DNA of 64,000 bases from an uncultured Clostridia bacterium (GTDB taxonomy: Bacteria > Bacillota > Clostridia > TANB77 > CAG-508), in the NCBI GenBank assembly GCA_944387445.1, contig CALXEX010000001.1:870-64869 (forward strand), in the 5' to 3' direction. Position 1 is the stretch's first letter; the number at the start of each line of letters is the position of its first letter. The translations under genes and the position numbers were made by a program. Positions 20,453-31,785 of the stretch are shown one piece after another. Under the pieces are notes generated by a model that saw only the letters and a program-made list of their open reading frames with translations, was not told where the DNA came from and did no database searches.

Positions 20453-21013
20453 TTAGATCTGTTTCAACTTATCTTTCTCTATTTTCTTTTGATATCTATC
20501 CTCTTCTGAAAAAATGCAACCACAATATTTTTGCATATATAATCCTAGTTCTCTTGCTTTGGCTTGGCCTTCTCTAAATCCAACTCGAAAATCTCTATAT
20601 AAAAATTCAACATCATATTTTTTTGCCATTTGGTTTGCCACTTCTATTAATGCTTCATGATTTTGATAGGGACTTACTAATAAGGTTGTAGAAAAATGGG
20701 TATACCCATTCTCCTTTGCATATTTGGCTGTTTGCTCTAATCTTACTGGATAGCAATATTGTTTACATCGATTTTGCAAATCTCCAATGACATGTTTGCA
20801 AAATTCATCTAGTCCATAGTTTTCTTCAAATATAGCTTTTACATCAATACTTTTGGTATATTCTTTTAAGCAATCTCTTCTTGCTTTATATTCCATATAT
20901 GGATGAATATTCGGATTAAACCAATATACGGTTGGCTCAATTTCTTCTTTTCTAAGTGAATCTATACAATATACACTACATGGTGCACAACAAGTATGTA
21001 ATAATAGTTTCAT
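20453..21013 (-). CDS. queH: Epoxyqueuosine reductase QueH (DUF208)
   Basis: 186-aa ORF beginning MKLLLHTCCAPCS, with further conserved Cys residues (CGCIFS). Confidence 0.8.
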   Translation of the reverse strand: MKLLLHTCCAPCSVYCIDSLRKEEIEPTVYWFNPNIHPYMEYKARRDCLKEYTKSIDVKAIFEENYGLDEFCKHVIGDLQNRCKQYCYPVRLEQTAKYAKENGYTHFSTTLLVSPYQNHEALIEVANQMAKKYDVEFLYRDFRVGFREGQAKARELGLYMQKYCGCIFSEEDRYQKKIEKDKLKQI

Positions 21014-21033
21014 ATTTCCTTCCTTTCTTTGCT

Positions 21034-21141
21034 TTGTCGCATTAGGTTCGTTTGTCTATGCGACATTTTGGTCAAAATGGACCTGGTCACAATTTTCCCG
21101 ATTGTCCCATGTCGCATTGGGATCAGATCCTGATGCGACAT
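21034..21141. repeat. Composite intergenic repeat: hairpin A + GGWCC spacer + hairpin B
   Basis: TGTCGCATtaggttcgtttgtctATGCGACAT, then tttggtcaaaatGGACCtGGTCAcaattttcccgattgtccc, then ATGTCGCATtgggatcagatcctgATGCGACAT. The block fills the ruvB-queH gap. Confidence 0.9.
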
Positions 21142-22151
21142 TACATATTTTCTTGATATGGATACCCTAAATGCTTATATGCTGGTGGTAAAACCACTCT
21201 TCCTCTCAGAGTTCTTGCAATAAATCCAATTTGGATTAAATATGGTTCATAGACATCTTCAATGGTATCTACTTCTTCACCTACTGTCGCAGCTAGTGCT
21301 TCAATTCCTACTGGTCTTCCAGCATATTGTACAATCATGGTATCTAATATTTTTCTGTCTATTTCATCTAATCCTAGCTCATCTATTTCTAGCTTATTTA
21401 ATGCGTGTTTTGTAATTTTTAATGTAATATCTCCATCACCTAACACAGCTGCATAATCTCTAACTCTTTTTAAAAGTCTATTTGCAATTCTTGGTGTTCC
21501 TCTTGATCTTCTGGCAATTTCTATAGCAGCTTCTTCTTCTATGTTTACATCTAGGATTCCTGCAGATCTTTTTACGATTTTTGTTAAATCCTCTACAGAA
21601 TATAACTCTAATCTATGCACAATTCCAAATCTATCTCTTAATGGTGTTGTCAATGACCCAGCTTTTGTCGTAGCACCAATTAATGTAAATTTAGGTAAAT
21701 CTAATCTGATGGACCTTGCACTTGGTCCTTTTCCGATAATAATATCTAATGTGTAATCCTCTAAAGCTGGATACAAAATTTCTTCTACACTTTTACTAAG
21801 TCTATGAATTTCGTCTATAAACAAGACATCAAATTCTGAAAGATTGGTAAGAAGTGCTGCCAAATCTCCTGGTTTTTCAATGGCAGGTCCAGAAGTGATT
21901 TTAATATTGGAATTCATTTCATTAGATATGATATTCGATAATGTTGTTTTTCCAAGTCCTGGAGGTCCATATAAAAGAACATGGTCTAATGGCTCCCCTC
22001 TTTTTTTTGCTGCTTCTATATAAATCTTCATATTTTCTTTGATCTTATCTTGACCAATATATTCATCTAATGTTTTCGGTCTTAATGAATTTTCTAGTCG
22101 TTCTTCTCCTGTATTTTCTAGTTCTGGACTAATAATTCTGTCTTCATCCAT
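21141..22151 (-). CDS. ruvB: Holliday junction branch migration ATPase RuvB
   Basis: Walker [10 protein letters not shown], Walker B FIDEIH and sensor motifs. The likely start MDEDRI at 22151 is preceded by AAAGGAGG. Confidence 0.93.
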   Translation of the reverse strand: MDEDRIISPELENTGEERLENSLRPKTLDEYIGQDKIKENMKIYIEAAKKRGEPLDHVLLYGPPGLGKTTLSNIISNEMNSNIKITSGPAIEKPGDLAALLTNLSEFDVLFIDEIHRLSKSVEEILYPALEDYTLDIIIGKGPSARSIRLDLPKFTLIGATTKAGSLTTPLRDRFGIVHRLELYSVEDLTKIVKRSAGILDVNIEEEAAIEIARRSRGTPRIANRLLKRVRDYAAVLGDGDITLKITKHALNKLEIDELGLDEIDRKILDTMIVQYAGRPVGIEALAATVGEEVDTIEDVYEPYLIQIGFIARTLRGRVVLPPAYKHLGYPYQENM

Positions 22152-22172
22152 CTTATTATTGCCTCCTTTTTT

Positions 22173-22244
22173 GTCCAATTTTGGGTTATTGGGAGCAGGT
22201 CTGTTTGGACCCCATTTTTGTTTGTTCCCAATGACCCCATCCCC
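22173..22244. repeat. GC-rich CCCAATG/GGACCC module of the intergenic repeat family
   Basis: gtccaattttgggttattgggagcaggtctgtttGGACCCcatttttgtttgttCCCAATGACCCCatcccc, located between the ltaS-like stop and the ruvB RBS. Confidence 0.7.
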
Positions 22245-22247
22245 ACA

Positions 22248-24338
22248 CTATTTCAACAAGTTGTTAATACTAATTGAAATTGATATATCTAATTCTCTTC
22301 TCATGTTTTCATAATAATCTTCTAATAATCCTCTTTCATCTTGTGGAAGCTCTTCCAAATTTATTTCTGTTCCATCTTTGATTTTATACCATTTTTCATC
22401 AAAATAATATCGACTTGTGACAATCCTTTCATTATTCAAACATATAAAATCTTTTCTAGCAAACATATTGGTTCCTAAACTAAATCCTGGGTCTCCATCT
22501 ATCAAATATGCAAATGTTGGTTTTATGTCTAATTTGCTGACTGGTTTTTCTATTTTGATATTTTCTATTCCTGGTATTTTCATTCCACAGGCAACTCTGA
22601 TATAATTTAATTTTATATCTGTATCTGTTAAATTTGGCTCTGTCTCCTTTAAGAAATCTATTAAATATTCATTATACATTTCTAGACCATTATGATCCCC
22701 AAATAAAAGTATAACTGTATCATCATATAAATTTGCTTCTTTTAATTTTTCTATAAACACCCCAAAGGCATAATCTGCATAATTAACAGCTTCTAAATAA
22801 CATCCTAAAAATGTATTTTCATATTTTCCAACATTAATACTTACCTTACTTCTATCTTCTAATCCAAGTAAATAGAATGGTGTATGTGATGATGCTGAAA
22901 CAATGTAAGACATAAATGGTGTATTGTAATTTTTTAATTTTTCTACTGCTTGTATATATAATAGTTCATCTGATAAATAGTCATTGATATTTTCTGAAGT
23001 ATCTGCAAAAGAATCTTTTAATTCAATATTTTGTACATCAAATGCTTTATATACATTTCCTCTATTCCAGAAATATCCATAATTTCCATGCATATAAGAA
23101 GTCGTATATCCTTCATTTTCAAACATAGTAAAAATATTATCATATGTATTTGTATAATATCGACTATATGACATGCCGTTTTCCATAGGATATAATGATG
23201 TTACTGTAGAAAATTCTGAATCAGCTGTTGAAGAATAACTTTGCATAAACATATTAGATATTTCTATATTTTCATTAATAAATTTATTTAAATTTGGTGT
23301 AATTTCTTTTCCATTAATTTTTCTATTAATGACAAAATTTTGAATAGACTCTAATTGTAAAATAATAACATTCTTTCCTTTTATATAGCCTTCCAAATCA
23401 TAGTTAGTTTCACTATACTTTTCATCATATTCTTTCTTTAATTCTTCATAATCTGTCATCAATTCCTCTTTTGTACTATATTTTGCTTGATTTTTTATAT
23501 TGAATGTATTTTCTATATCAGATATATGATATCCATAAATTGTACTTATCTTTACTTGCCTATCTTTATTATAAGGTGCTTCTTTTGCTAATTCTATATA
23601 GTATTCATCCATTGAGAAAAATAGGATTGTCACTCCAATACCCAGTATCAATTTTATCACCTGATATTTAATAGCTAACTTCTTTTTCTTTTCAATCTTC
23701 AATATTTTTGTAAATAGTAATATACATATAGCTATGATATCTATAAAATATAAAACATGCCTTATTCGGAATAAATTTGGTAATGTACTTATAATTTCTT
23801 CGCCATATTGAATATTCGTAATTTGAGCAACAGATAAAACAGAACTAGAATATGCATGATACAAATTATCTGTCCATAACAAAATACTGATTACTATATC
23901 TAGAATAATTGTAACAACAATTCTTCCTCGATTTGGTAAAAAAGTACATATCATCCAAATGAATGTTGCTATAAATGCAATTGTCCCTAAAACTGTTTCC
24001 ATATCAATAGGTTCTTGAATAGATATGGTATTTAAATAAAAGAATATCGTTTTTAAAAATAATAAAATTCCTATTATAATAGGAAATCCGATCGAATTGA
24101 AAAATCGATTGGCTATCTCTTTTATTTTTGTTTTGTTTATTTTCTTGTTATTTATTTTTTCTTTGATTTCTTTCTCTTTAAATTCTACTTTTTCGATTTT
24201 CTCTGGCTTCTCATTTTCAGATATTTCTTTTTCTTGCTTCTTTTTTATGGTTTCTTTTTTCTTTTCCATTTTTTGTTCTTTCATTTCCCCTAAAATTGCT
24301 TTTCTCTTTTGATTTTCTTTTGATATATTTTCTTTCAA
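22248..24338 (-). CDS. LtaS-family (sulfatase-fold) lipoteichoic acid synthase-like enzyme with a Lys/Glu-rich N-terminal extension
   Basis: 696-aa ORF. About 80 aa of K/E-rich N-terminus, five TM segments, then a sulfatase domain (ILQLESIQNF, STADSEFSTVTSLYP, GDHNG). Confidence 0.8.
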   Translation of the reverse strand: MKENISKENQKRKAILGEMKEQKMEKKKETIKKKQEKEISENEKPEKIEKVEFKEKEIKEKINNKKINKTKIKEIANRFFNSIGFPIIIGILLFLKTIFFYLNTISIQEPIDMETVLGTIAFIATFIWMICTFLPNRGRIVVTIILDIVISILLWTDNLYHAYSSSVLSVAQITNIQYGEEIISTLPNLFRIRHVLYFIDIIAICILLFTKILKIEKKKKLAIKYQVIKLILGIGVTILFFSMDEYYIELAKEAPYNKDRQVKISTIYGYHISDIENTFNIKNQAKYSTKEELMTDYEELKKEYDEKYSETNYDLEGYIKGKNVIILQLESIQNFVINRKINGKEITPNLNKFINENIEISNMFMQSYSSTADSEFSTVTSLYPMENGMSYSRYYTNTYDNIFTMFENEGYTTSYMHGNYGYFWNRGNVYKAFDVQNIELKDSFADTSENINDYLSDELLYIQAVEKLKNYNTPFMSYIVSASSHTPFYLLGLEDRSKVSINVGKYENTFLGCYLEAVNYADYAFGVFIEKLKEANLYDDTVILLFGDHNGLEMYNEYLIDFLKETEPNLTDTDIKLNYIRVACGMKIPGIENIKIEKPVSKLDIKPTFAYLIDGDPGFSLGTNMFARKDFICLNNERIVTSRYYFDEKWYKIKDGTEINLEELPQDERGLLEDYYENMRRELDISISISINNLLK

Positions 24339-24356
24339 CTCTTTTTCCTCTTTCTC

Positions 24357-24845
24357 TTATTTTATCTGATTGATAAAGTTTTCTATCAATTCCAACATCT
24401 TATGATTGTTTTCTATATATGGTTTAGGCTCAAATTCTTGTACTTGCTTTATTGCCTTTTCTAATTCTTCTACAGATTGTATCCCAATAATATTTCCACT
24501 TTTATTGAACTTTTCTACAATTTCTGTTTGATGATTATTCACATGTTCTCCATATTGATGTAATCTTGGCACAGCTATTACCTTTTTCCCTTTTTCAAGT
24601 GAAGTAACAATAGACCCCACTCCCCCATGTGTAATAATAAAATCTGCCTTTTGCTCAAATGTATCTAATTCTTCTCTTGGCATAAAATCCATTATCTTCA
24701 TTTTTTCATTTTTTGGCTGATATTGTGTATATCCAGCCTGTACAATCACTTCTTCTGTAATTACATTTTTACTTATCAATCTATCAATTTCTTCTAATAA
24801 TCTTTGAAAAGAATTATTTTGTGTTCCTAACATTACAAATATCAT
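24357..24845 (-). CDS. Alg13-like glycosyltransferase subunit (GT28 C-terminal domain, PssE/Cps14G-like)
   Basis: MIFVMLGTQNNSFQRLL...ITHGGVGSI. The start codon overlaps the upstream stop (TAATG). Confidence 0.75.
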   Translation of the reverse strand: MIFVMLGTQNNSFQRLLEEIDRLISKNVITEEVIVQAGYTQYQPKNEKMKIMDFMPREELDTFEQKADFIITHGGVGSIVTSLEKGKKVIAVPRLHQYGEHVNNHQTEIVEKFNKSGNIIGIQSVEELEKAIKQVQEFEPKPYIENNHKMLELIENFINQIK

Positions 24846-25375
24846 TAATAAATCGAACCTCCATAAACTGCTTTTGGATATAATTTTAGCATTTCTTCCC
24901 ATTGCACAATAAACAAATCTGCTATTGGATATAATAATCTACCTGTTGCTGTTTTCTTATTGGTATTTGCAAAAGTTTCTATATAGATAATTTTACTTCC
25001 AAACAGTTTTCCTAATATGCACATTGGTCCTGCTGTATGTGTCCCTGTTGTTACAATCACCTTTGGTCTTAATTTAAAATAATAATATACGGTTTTGATA
25101 CATAAGTATAAATACTTAAATATGTATGTAAATAACTTTGCTCTTGTGCCATATGGCAAAAAGTCTAATTTATCTCCATATGTTTCTTTTAAGTGTTCAT
25201 TCACTTTATCTTTTTCTGTAATAATATGATAATCATATTTTTCAAATAGTGGAGAAAGCTGTAATAATTCTGTTAAATGTCCTCCTGTACTAGAAATGAA
25301 TAACACTTTTTTCTTTGCCTTTTCTTTCATTTTCTTTTTTGATTCCTTTTCATTCTTAATTTTATATTCTTTCAT
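24845..25375 (-). CDS. Alg14-like glycosyltransferase membrane subunit (PssD/Cps14F-like)
   Basis: 176-aa ORF with VLFISSTGGHLTELLQL. It is translationally coupled to the Alg13-like gene. Confidence 0.75.
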   Translation of the reverse strand: MKEYKIKNEKESKKKMKEKAKKKVLFISSTGGHLTELLQLSPLFEKYDYHIITEKDKVNEHLKETYGDKLDFLPYGTRAKLFTYIFKYLYLCIKTVYYYFKLRPKVIVTTGTHTAGPMCILGKLFGSKIIYIETFANTNKKTATGRLLYPIADLFIVQWEEMLKLYPKAVYGGSIY

Positions 25376-25416
25376 TGTATATTATATCTTTTTTTCAATT
25401 ATCTGTCCAGTCTATT

Positions 25417-25473
25417 ATGTCGCATTAGGTTCGTTTTTCTGTGTCGCATTGACTTCGTTTGTCTATGCGACAT
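25417..25473. repeat. Hairpin-A repeat with a duplicated left half
   Basis: ATGTCGCATtaggttcgtttttctgTGTCGCATtgacttcgtttgtctATGCGACAT. Confidence 0.85.
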
Positions 25474-25482
25474 TGATGACAC

Positions 25483-25527
25483 AAAAATAGACCTAAATAT
25501 TAGCGTATTTTCTAATATTTAGGTCTA
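25483..25527 (-). terminator. Rho-independent terminator of dnaJ
   Basis: 16-bp perfect stem TAGACCTAAATATTAG / CTAATATTTAGGTCTA with an 8-nt loop. The T-run is on the minus strand. Confidence 0.8.
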
Positions 25528-25532
25528 GTGTT

Positions 25533-26705
25533 TTATCCAAATATTCCTCTCTTTTTTATTGGTGGTTGCTCATTCATTGTTCTTGCTAATTGTACTAGCA
25601 ATTCTCTTTGTTCTTTTGTAAGTCTCTTTGGAGTTTGAACATTAACAGTAAATACAAAGTCACCAACAGAATTAGAACTTACAGATTTAAAACCTTTTCC
25701 CCTGATAGCAAATTTGGTTCCTGTTTGTGTTCCTTCTGGTATCTTATATTTTTCTTTACTTCCATCTACCATTGGTATTTCTAATTCTGCTCCTAAAGTT
25801 GCTTGTGTAATGGTGATTGGTACATCACAATATACATTATTTCCTTTTCTTGAATATATACTATGTTTCTTTAATCTAACTGTTATATATAAATCTCCTT
25901 TTGGTCCACCTTTTTCTCCAGGTTCACCTTCACCTCTTAATACAACGGTTTGACCATCATCAATACCTGCTGGTATTTTTACTTTTATTTTCGGTTGTTT
26001 TCTAACAGTTCCTTTTCCTCTACAATTTTCACAAGGTTCTTTTATAACTTCACCTGTACCATGACAATTTGTACAAGTTCTAGTAGTTTGCATTTGTCCT
26101 AAAATTGTATTTTGTACTTGTCTAATTTGTCCTGTACCATTACAGGTTGGACATTTTGTAACAGATGTACCTGGTTTTGCACCAGTACCATGACATACTT
26201 GACATTCCTCATTTCTTGTAATGGTAATTTCTTTCTCCACTCCTAGAAAAGCTTGTTCAAAAGTAATATCAATATGAAGGTTTAAGTCAGCACCTTTTCT
26301 TGGTCCATTTTGTTTTCTGCTACTACTTCTACCACCACCAAAGCCTCCTCCAAAGAATGAAGAAAAGATATCTCCTAAATCCCCAAAATCGTCAAAGCCA
26401 TTAAATCCAGAAGATGTGTAAGAATAGTATCCATTACCACCACCAAATGGTCCTCCACCTGCACCATTAAAACCTTGTGGTCCATCTGGTCCAAATTGGT
26501 CATACATTTTTCTTTTTTGAGGGTCTGATAATGTTTCATAAGCTTCATTAACTTCTTTAAATTTGGCTTCTGCTTCTGCCTTATTGTCCGGATTGGCATC
26601 TGGATGATATTTCTTTGCTAGTTTTCTATATGCTTTTTTTAGTTCGTCCTCTGTTGCATTTTTATTGACACCTAAAACCTCATAATAATCTCTTTTTCCT
26701 GCCAT
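25533..26705 (-). CDS. dnaJ: Molecular chaperone DnaJ
   Basis: J domain (YHPD), G/F-rich region and four CxxCxGxG zinc motifs. Confidence 0.95.
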   Translation of the reverse strand: MAGKRDYYEVLGVNKNATEDELKKAYRKLAKKYHPDANPDNKAEAEAKFKEVNEAYETLSDPQKRKMYDQFGPDGPQGFNGAGGGPFGGGNGYYSYTSSGFNGFDDFGDLGDIFSSFFGGGFGGGRSSSRKQNGPRKGADLNLHIDITFEQAFLGVEKEITITRNEECQVCHGTGAKPGTSVTKCPTCNGTGQIRQVQNTILGQMQTTRTCTNCHGTGEVIKEPCENCRGKGTVRKQPKIKVKIPAGIDDGQTVVLRGEGEPGEKGGPKGDLYITVRLKKHSIYSRKGNNVYCDVPITITQATLGAELEIPMVDGSKEKYKIPEGTQTGTKFAIRGKGFKSVSSNSVGDFVFTVNVQTPKRLTKEQRELLVQLARTMNEQPPIKKRGIFG

Positions 26706-26801
26706 GCTTTTAACCTTCTCCTCTATCTAAATTTTGTCCAATTGATGATGATTTTTTGCTCCGTCCCCAAAATCATCATATTTTGTTTGAAAATTTTTTA
26801 T

Positions 26802-26923
26802 AAATCGAATCAAAAACGAGTATTACTAGGCAAGTAAGAAAAAAATCTTAAGATAATACATTTTGTATATCGAAAGATTTTTTTCGAAACTTAACGAAGT
26901 AAGACGAAGTTTTTCATTCGATT

Positions 26924-26924
<1 letters not shown>
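26802..26924. repeat. 123-nt imperfect palindrome immediately after the dnaK stop codon
   Basis: Outer arms are AAATCGAATcAAAAAC / GTTTTTcATTCGATTT. Inner arms are GAAAAAAATCTT / AAGATTTTTTTC, a perfect 12 bp. The central region is partly paired. Confidence 0.7.
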
Positions 26925-28837
<1,913 letters not shown>

Positions 28838-29428
28838 TTATATTTTGTCATTCTTTTTTAAATCTTGAATGATTTTTCTGTTGTTTTCTATCCTTTCTTT
28901 TGTAACCATTTTCATCCATTCTTCTTTTGTCATATTGGATAAATTCCAATTAGATAATTCTTTATATCCAATTTCTTCTCCAAGCCATTTAGGCTTTTGG
29001 AATGTATTTGCTATATGCTCATTTGGAAATTCTATTTCTGCTGTTAAGAATCCATCTAGATATTCATAATACACGTCCATTTCTACATGTAAATTATTCT
29101 CAATTGGTATTACAATTCTAGTCTTTCTTATCACATTACTTATTTTGTTTTTTATCAATTCATTATATTCATTTTCTTGTATAGAATTTTCAATTTCATA
29201 TACATTTGCTATTTTTTCAAAGTTTTCACCATATTCTATATCTCCCTTTGTTTTGACTGTATAGATATATTCTATAGAATTATTCTTTTTATTTTGTATT
29301 TTTCGGATTCTAATGATTGTATTTATGTCTCTGTAGATAAATGCTTGTTCTATATCAATTGTATCTTTTATTTTCAAATCTTCTGGAAGATAATTTACAG
29401 CATATTTTCTTTCTATTTCTTGTTTCAT
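28838..29428 (-). CDS. CYTH-domain protein (triphosphate tunnel metalloenzyme)
   Basis: 196-aa ORF with the N-terminal ExExK signature (EIERKY). Size and pattern resemble YjbK-type CYTH proteins. Confidence 0.65.
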   Translation of the reverse strand: MKQEIERKYAVNYLPEDLKIKDTIDIEQAFIYRDINTIIRIRKIQNKKNNSIEYIYTVKTKGDIEYGENFEKIANVYEIENSIQENEYNELIKNKISNVIRKTRIVIPIENNLHVEMDVYYEYLDGFLTAEIEFPNEHIANTFQKPKWLGEEIGYKELSNWNLSNMTKEEWMKMVTKERIENNRKIIQDLKKNDKI

Positions 29429-29441
29429 CTTAACTCCTCTT

Positions 29442-29954
29442 TTAGTTTGCTACTACCACCATAGAATGTCTAATTACTTTTGTGCCAATCCTATATCCCT
29501 TTCTATATTCTTGAACAATTTCTTTTTCACCTTTGGTTTCGTCTTGTACACTACTTACTGCCTCATGTAATTCTGGATCAAAAGTTTCTCCTATTGTTTT
29601 GATTTCTTCTACACCTTTTGCTTTTAATGTATCTTGAAATTGTTTTAATACCAATTCAATTCCTTTTTTGTATTCTTCATCTTTGGTTTCTATTTTAGCA
29701 GCATTTTCTAAGTTATCCAATATTGGAAGCATAACTTCTACAACATCTGATAAAATAGAATTGTATAGACTTTCTCTTTCTTTTACACTTCTCTTTTTAA
29801 AATTTTCAAATTCTGCTAAAATTCTTTTATATCTATCATCTAGTTCATCATATTCTGACTTTGGTACAATTTCTTGTTCTTTTTTTACATTCTTATTTTC
29901 TACATTTTCTTCCCTTTTTACGTCATTTTCTAACTCTTCATTTTTCTCTGCCAT
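29442..29954 (-). CDS. grpE: Nucleotide exchange factor GrpE
   Basis: 170-aa ORF with RILAEFENFKKR and FDPELHEAV motifs. It sits between hrcA and dnaK. Confidence 0.9.
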   Translation of the reverse strand: MAEKNEELENDVKREENVENKNVKKEQEIVPKSEYDELDDRYKRILAEFENFKKRSVKERESLYNSILSDVVEVMLPILDNLENAAKIETKDEEYKKGIELVLKQFQDTLKAKGVEEIKTIGETFDPELHEAVSSVQDETKGEKEIVQEYRKGYRIGTKVIRHSMVVVAN

Positions 29955-30015
29955 TCTTTAACCTACCTTTCTCCAAATTGGAAAATAATCCTTACAACAA
30001 TGATTATTTTTTAAA

Positions 30016-31029
30016 TTATTCTAATTCTTTTAACTTTTTATTAATATATTTCATAACAGAAATCACTTTTGAATAATCCATTCTTTTAGGACCAATAATA
30101 CCAATCGTCCCTAAATCTTTTCCATTCACCTTATGCTTAAATGTGACAACACTAAAATCTTTCAATTCTTCTTTATGGTTTTCTTCGCCTATATATACAT
30201 GAATATCATCTGCAAATCCAGAATCTAGCATATCTGTTACCAATTCTTTGGTATCTAATACATTTATAAAGTTTTTTGCTACTTCTAAGCTATTAAATTC
30301 TGGTAAGTCAAATGACTTGTTTGCACCTTCAAAATATATATTTTCTTCTTCTAATACTTTTTTGATTTGTTCAATGATTGGTTTAATCACATTCACACTA
30401 TATGTCATTTCATCATATAAATACTCTTCTAATGGTCTGTCAATTGTTTCGATTGGTTGCCCTTTTAATTTTTTATTAAACATATAATTAATGGTTTCGA
30501 TTTGTTTTTCTGTAACATCTTCATCAAATTTGATAATGGTTTCTTTTACTAGCCCACTATCTGTTAAGATTACTGCCATCATCATTCTAGAACCTAGTAA
30601 TACAAATTTAATTTCTTCTATCATTTGACTATTTGCTTTTGGTCCTATAGATACTGTTGTATAATGTGTCACTTCTGATATGGTATTTGCTGCAATTTTT
30701 GTTAAATCTTCAATTTCATTTACTTTTGTCTCTAATTTATCACTAATATATTTGATTTCCTCTAAGCTAATGTCATCATCTTTTAACAATTCATCTACAT
30801 AATATCGATATCCTTTTTCAGAAGGTACTCTACCACTTGATGTATGGGTTTTATCTAAGTAACCAGCCTTTTCCAAATCTGCCATTTCATTTCGAATGGT
30901 TGCACTACTACAATCTAATCCATGATTGGTTGTTAATGCATTTGAGCTAACTGGCTCTGCTGTATTAATATATTCTTCTACAATTGCTTGTAGCACTTTC
31001 TTTTTTCTATCATCTAACAATTTTTTCAC
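30016..31029 (-). CDS. hrcA: Heat-inducible transcription repressor HrcA
   Basis: 337-aa ORF with an N-terminal wHTH (EPVSSNAL...SSATIRNEMADLEKAGYL). It is the first gene of the operon and follows CIRCE elements. Confidence 0.92.
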   Translation of the reverse strand: MKKLLDDRKKKVLQAIVEEYINTAEPVSSNALTTNHGLDCSSATIRNEMADLEKAGYLDKTHTSSGRVPSEKGYRYYVDELLKDDDISLEEIKYISDKLETKVNEIEDLTKIAANTISEVTHYTTVSIGPKANSQMIEEIKFVLLGSRMMMAVILTDSGLVKETIIKFDEDVTEKQIETINYMFNKKLKGQPIETIDRPLEEYLYDEMTYSVNVIKPIIEQIKKVLEEENIYFEGANKSFDLPEFNSLEVAKNFINVLDTKELVTDMLDSGFADDIHVYIGEENHKEELKDFSVVTFKHKVNGKDLGTIGIIGPKRMDYSKVISVMKYINKKLKELE

Positions 31030-31053
31030 CTCTTTAGTTTTAATTGTTAGTTT

Positions 31054-31080
31054 TTAGCACTCCATCTATTCGTTTGCTAA
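31054..31080. promoter_or_regulatory. CIRCE operator 1 (imperfect)
   Basis: TTAGCACTC-N9-GTTTGCTAA compared with the consensus TTAGCACTC-N9-GAGTGCTAA. It lies between the promoter and the hrcA start. Confidence 0.75.
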
Positions 31081-31090
31081 CTTCATATAT

Positions 31091-31117
31091 ATTATACCCG
31101 TTTTTAGCACTTGTCAA
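31091..31117 (-). promoter_or_regulatory. Sigma-A-type promoter of the hrcA operon
   Basis: Minus-sense sequence reads TTGACAagtgctaaaaacgggTATAATAT. The -35 box sits inside CIRCE 2. Confidence 0.6.
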
Positions 31118-31130
31118 TACATTTTGCTAA
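31104..31130. promoter_or_regulatory. CIRCE operator 2 (imperfect), overlapping the -35 box
   Basis: TTAGCACTT-N9-TTTTGCTAA. Confidence 0.65.
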
Positions 31131-31154
31131 AATAGTTTGTGAATTTTGTGTGAA

Positions 31155-31189
31155 CAAAAAAGAAGCAATCAGATTCCTATCTGAATTGC
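31155..31189 (-). terminator. Rho-independent terminator ending the orphan operon
   Basis: Minus-sense sequence has the stem GCAATTCAGAT / ATCTGATTGC with a 4-nt loop, followed by TTCTTTTTTG. Confidence 0.7.
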
Positions 31190-31344
31190 CTTATCAAATA
31201 TTATTGCCAATTTAAAATTGGATATCCATAATTAATTTAATTAACATCTTTCTTAAATTTGGGTAAATCTTCGTTTTATAAATTAACAAAGCTCTATCGA
31301 ATAAATTATCCTCCTATAATTATACAAATAATTATAAGGTATCT

Positions 31345-31785
31345 TTAATTCATATGAAATATACTTTTTATTTTACTAATAAATCTTTTGAATAATGGCT
31401 CTTTGTATTCTATCATTGACACTTGATTTTTTACAATATTTTCTTGTATATGTTTCTTAAAAATATCCTCTGAATTATATTTATTTCTAAGTTCTTGTTG
31501 ATACTTATCTTCATGATTCTTTAATATTTGTTTTAGTTCAAGTTTTTCTTTTTCATTATCACACCAATAATTCAAGTGTAATAAAGCTATTATTGCTAAT
31601 GTTTCTTTTCTAATATTTTGTTTATTTAATGGTATATCTTCTATATATTGAGGATTATAATTAGTATTTCTTTTTTCTTTCAACATATTGAATAAACTAT
31701 TTGGTAATTTATCAATATATTCATTTCCTAATAAGTTCAATACTTGATATACTTCTGAATAGATTTCTTTAGTTTTTATATTCAT
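31345..31785 (-). CDS. Small uncharacterised protein (paralog of 17252-17593), last gene of the orphan operon
   Basis: 146-aa ORF. Its ATG overlaps the upstream stop (ATGA). See the paralog blocks listed for 17252-17593. Confidence 0.6.
   Translation of the reverse strand: MNIKTKEIYSEVYQVLNLLGNEYIDKLPNSLFNMLKEKRNTNYNPQYIEDIPLNKQNIRKETLAIIALLHLNYWCDNEKEKLELKQILKNHEDKYQQELRNKYNSEDIFKKHIQENIVKNQVSMIEYKEPLFKRFISKIKSIFHMN

Noticed and set aside
26375-26599. Alternative-frame ORF on the same strand inside dnaJ
   Set aside because: It lies within the Gly/Phe-rich coding region of a full-length canonical DnaJ and is a frame artefact.
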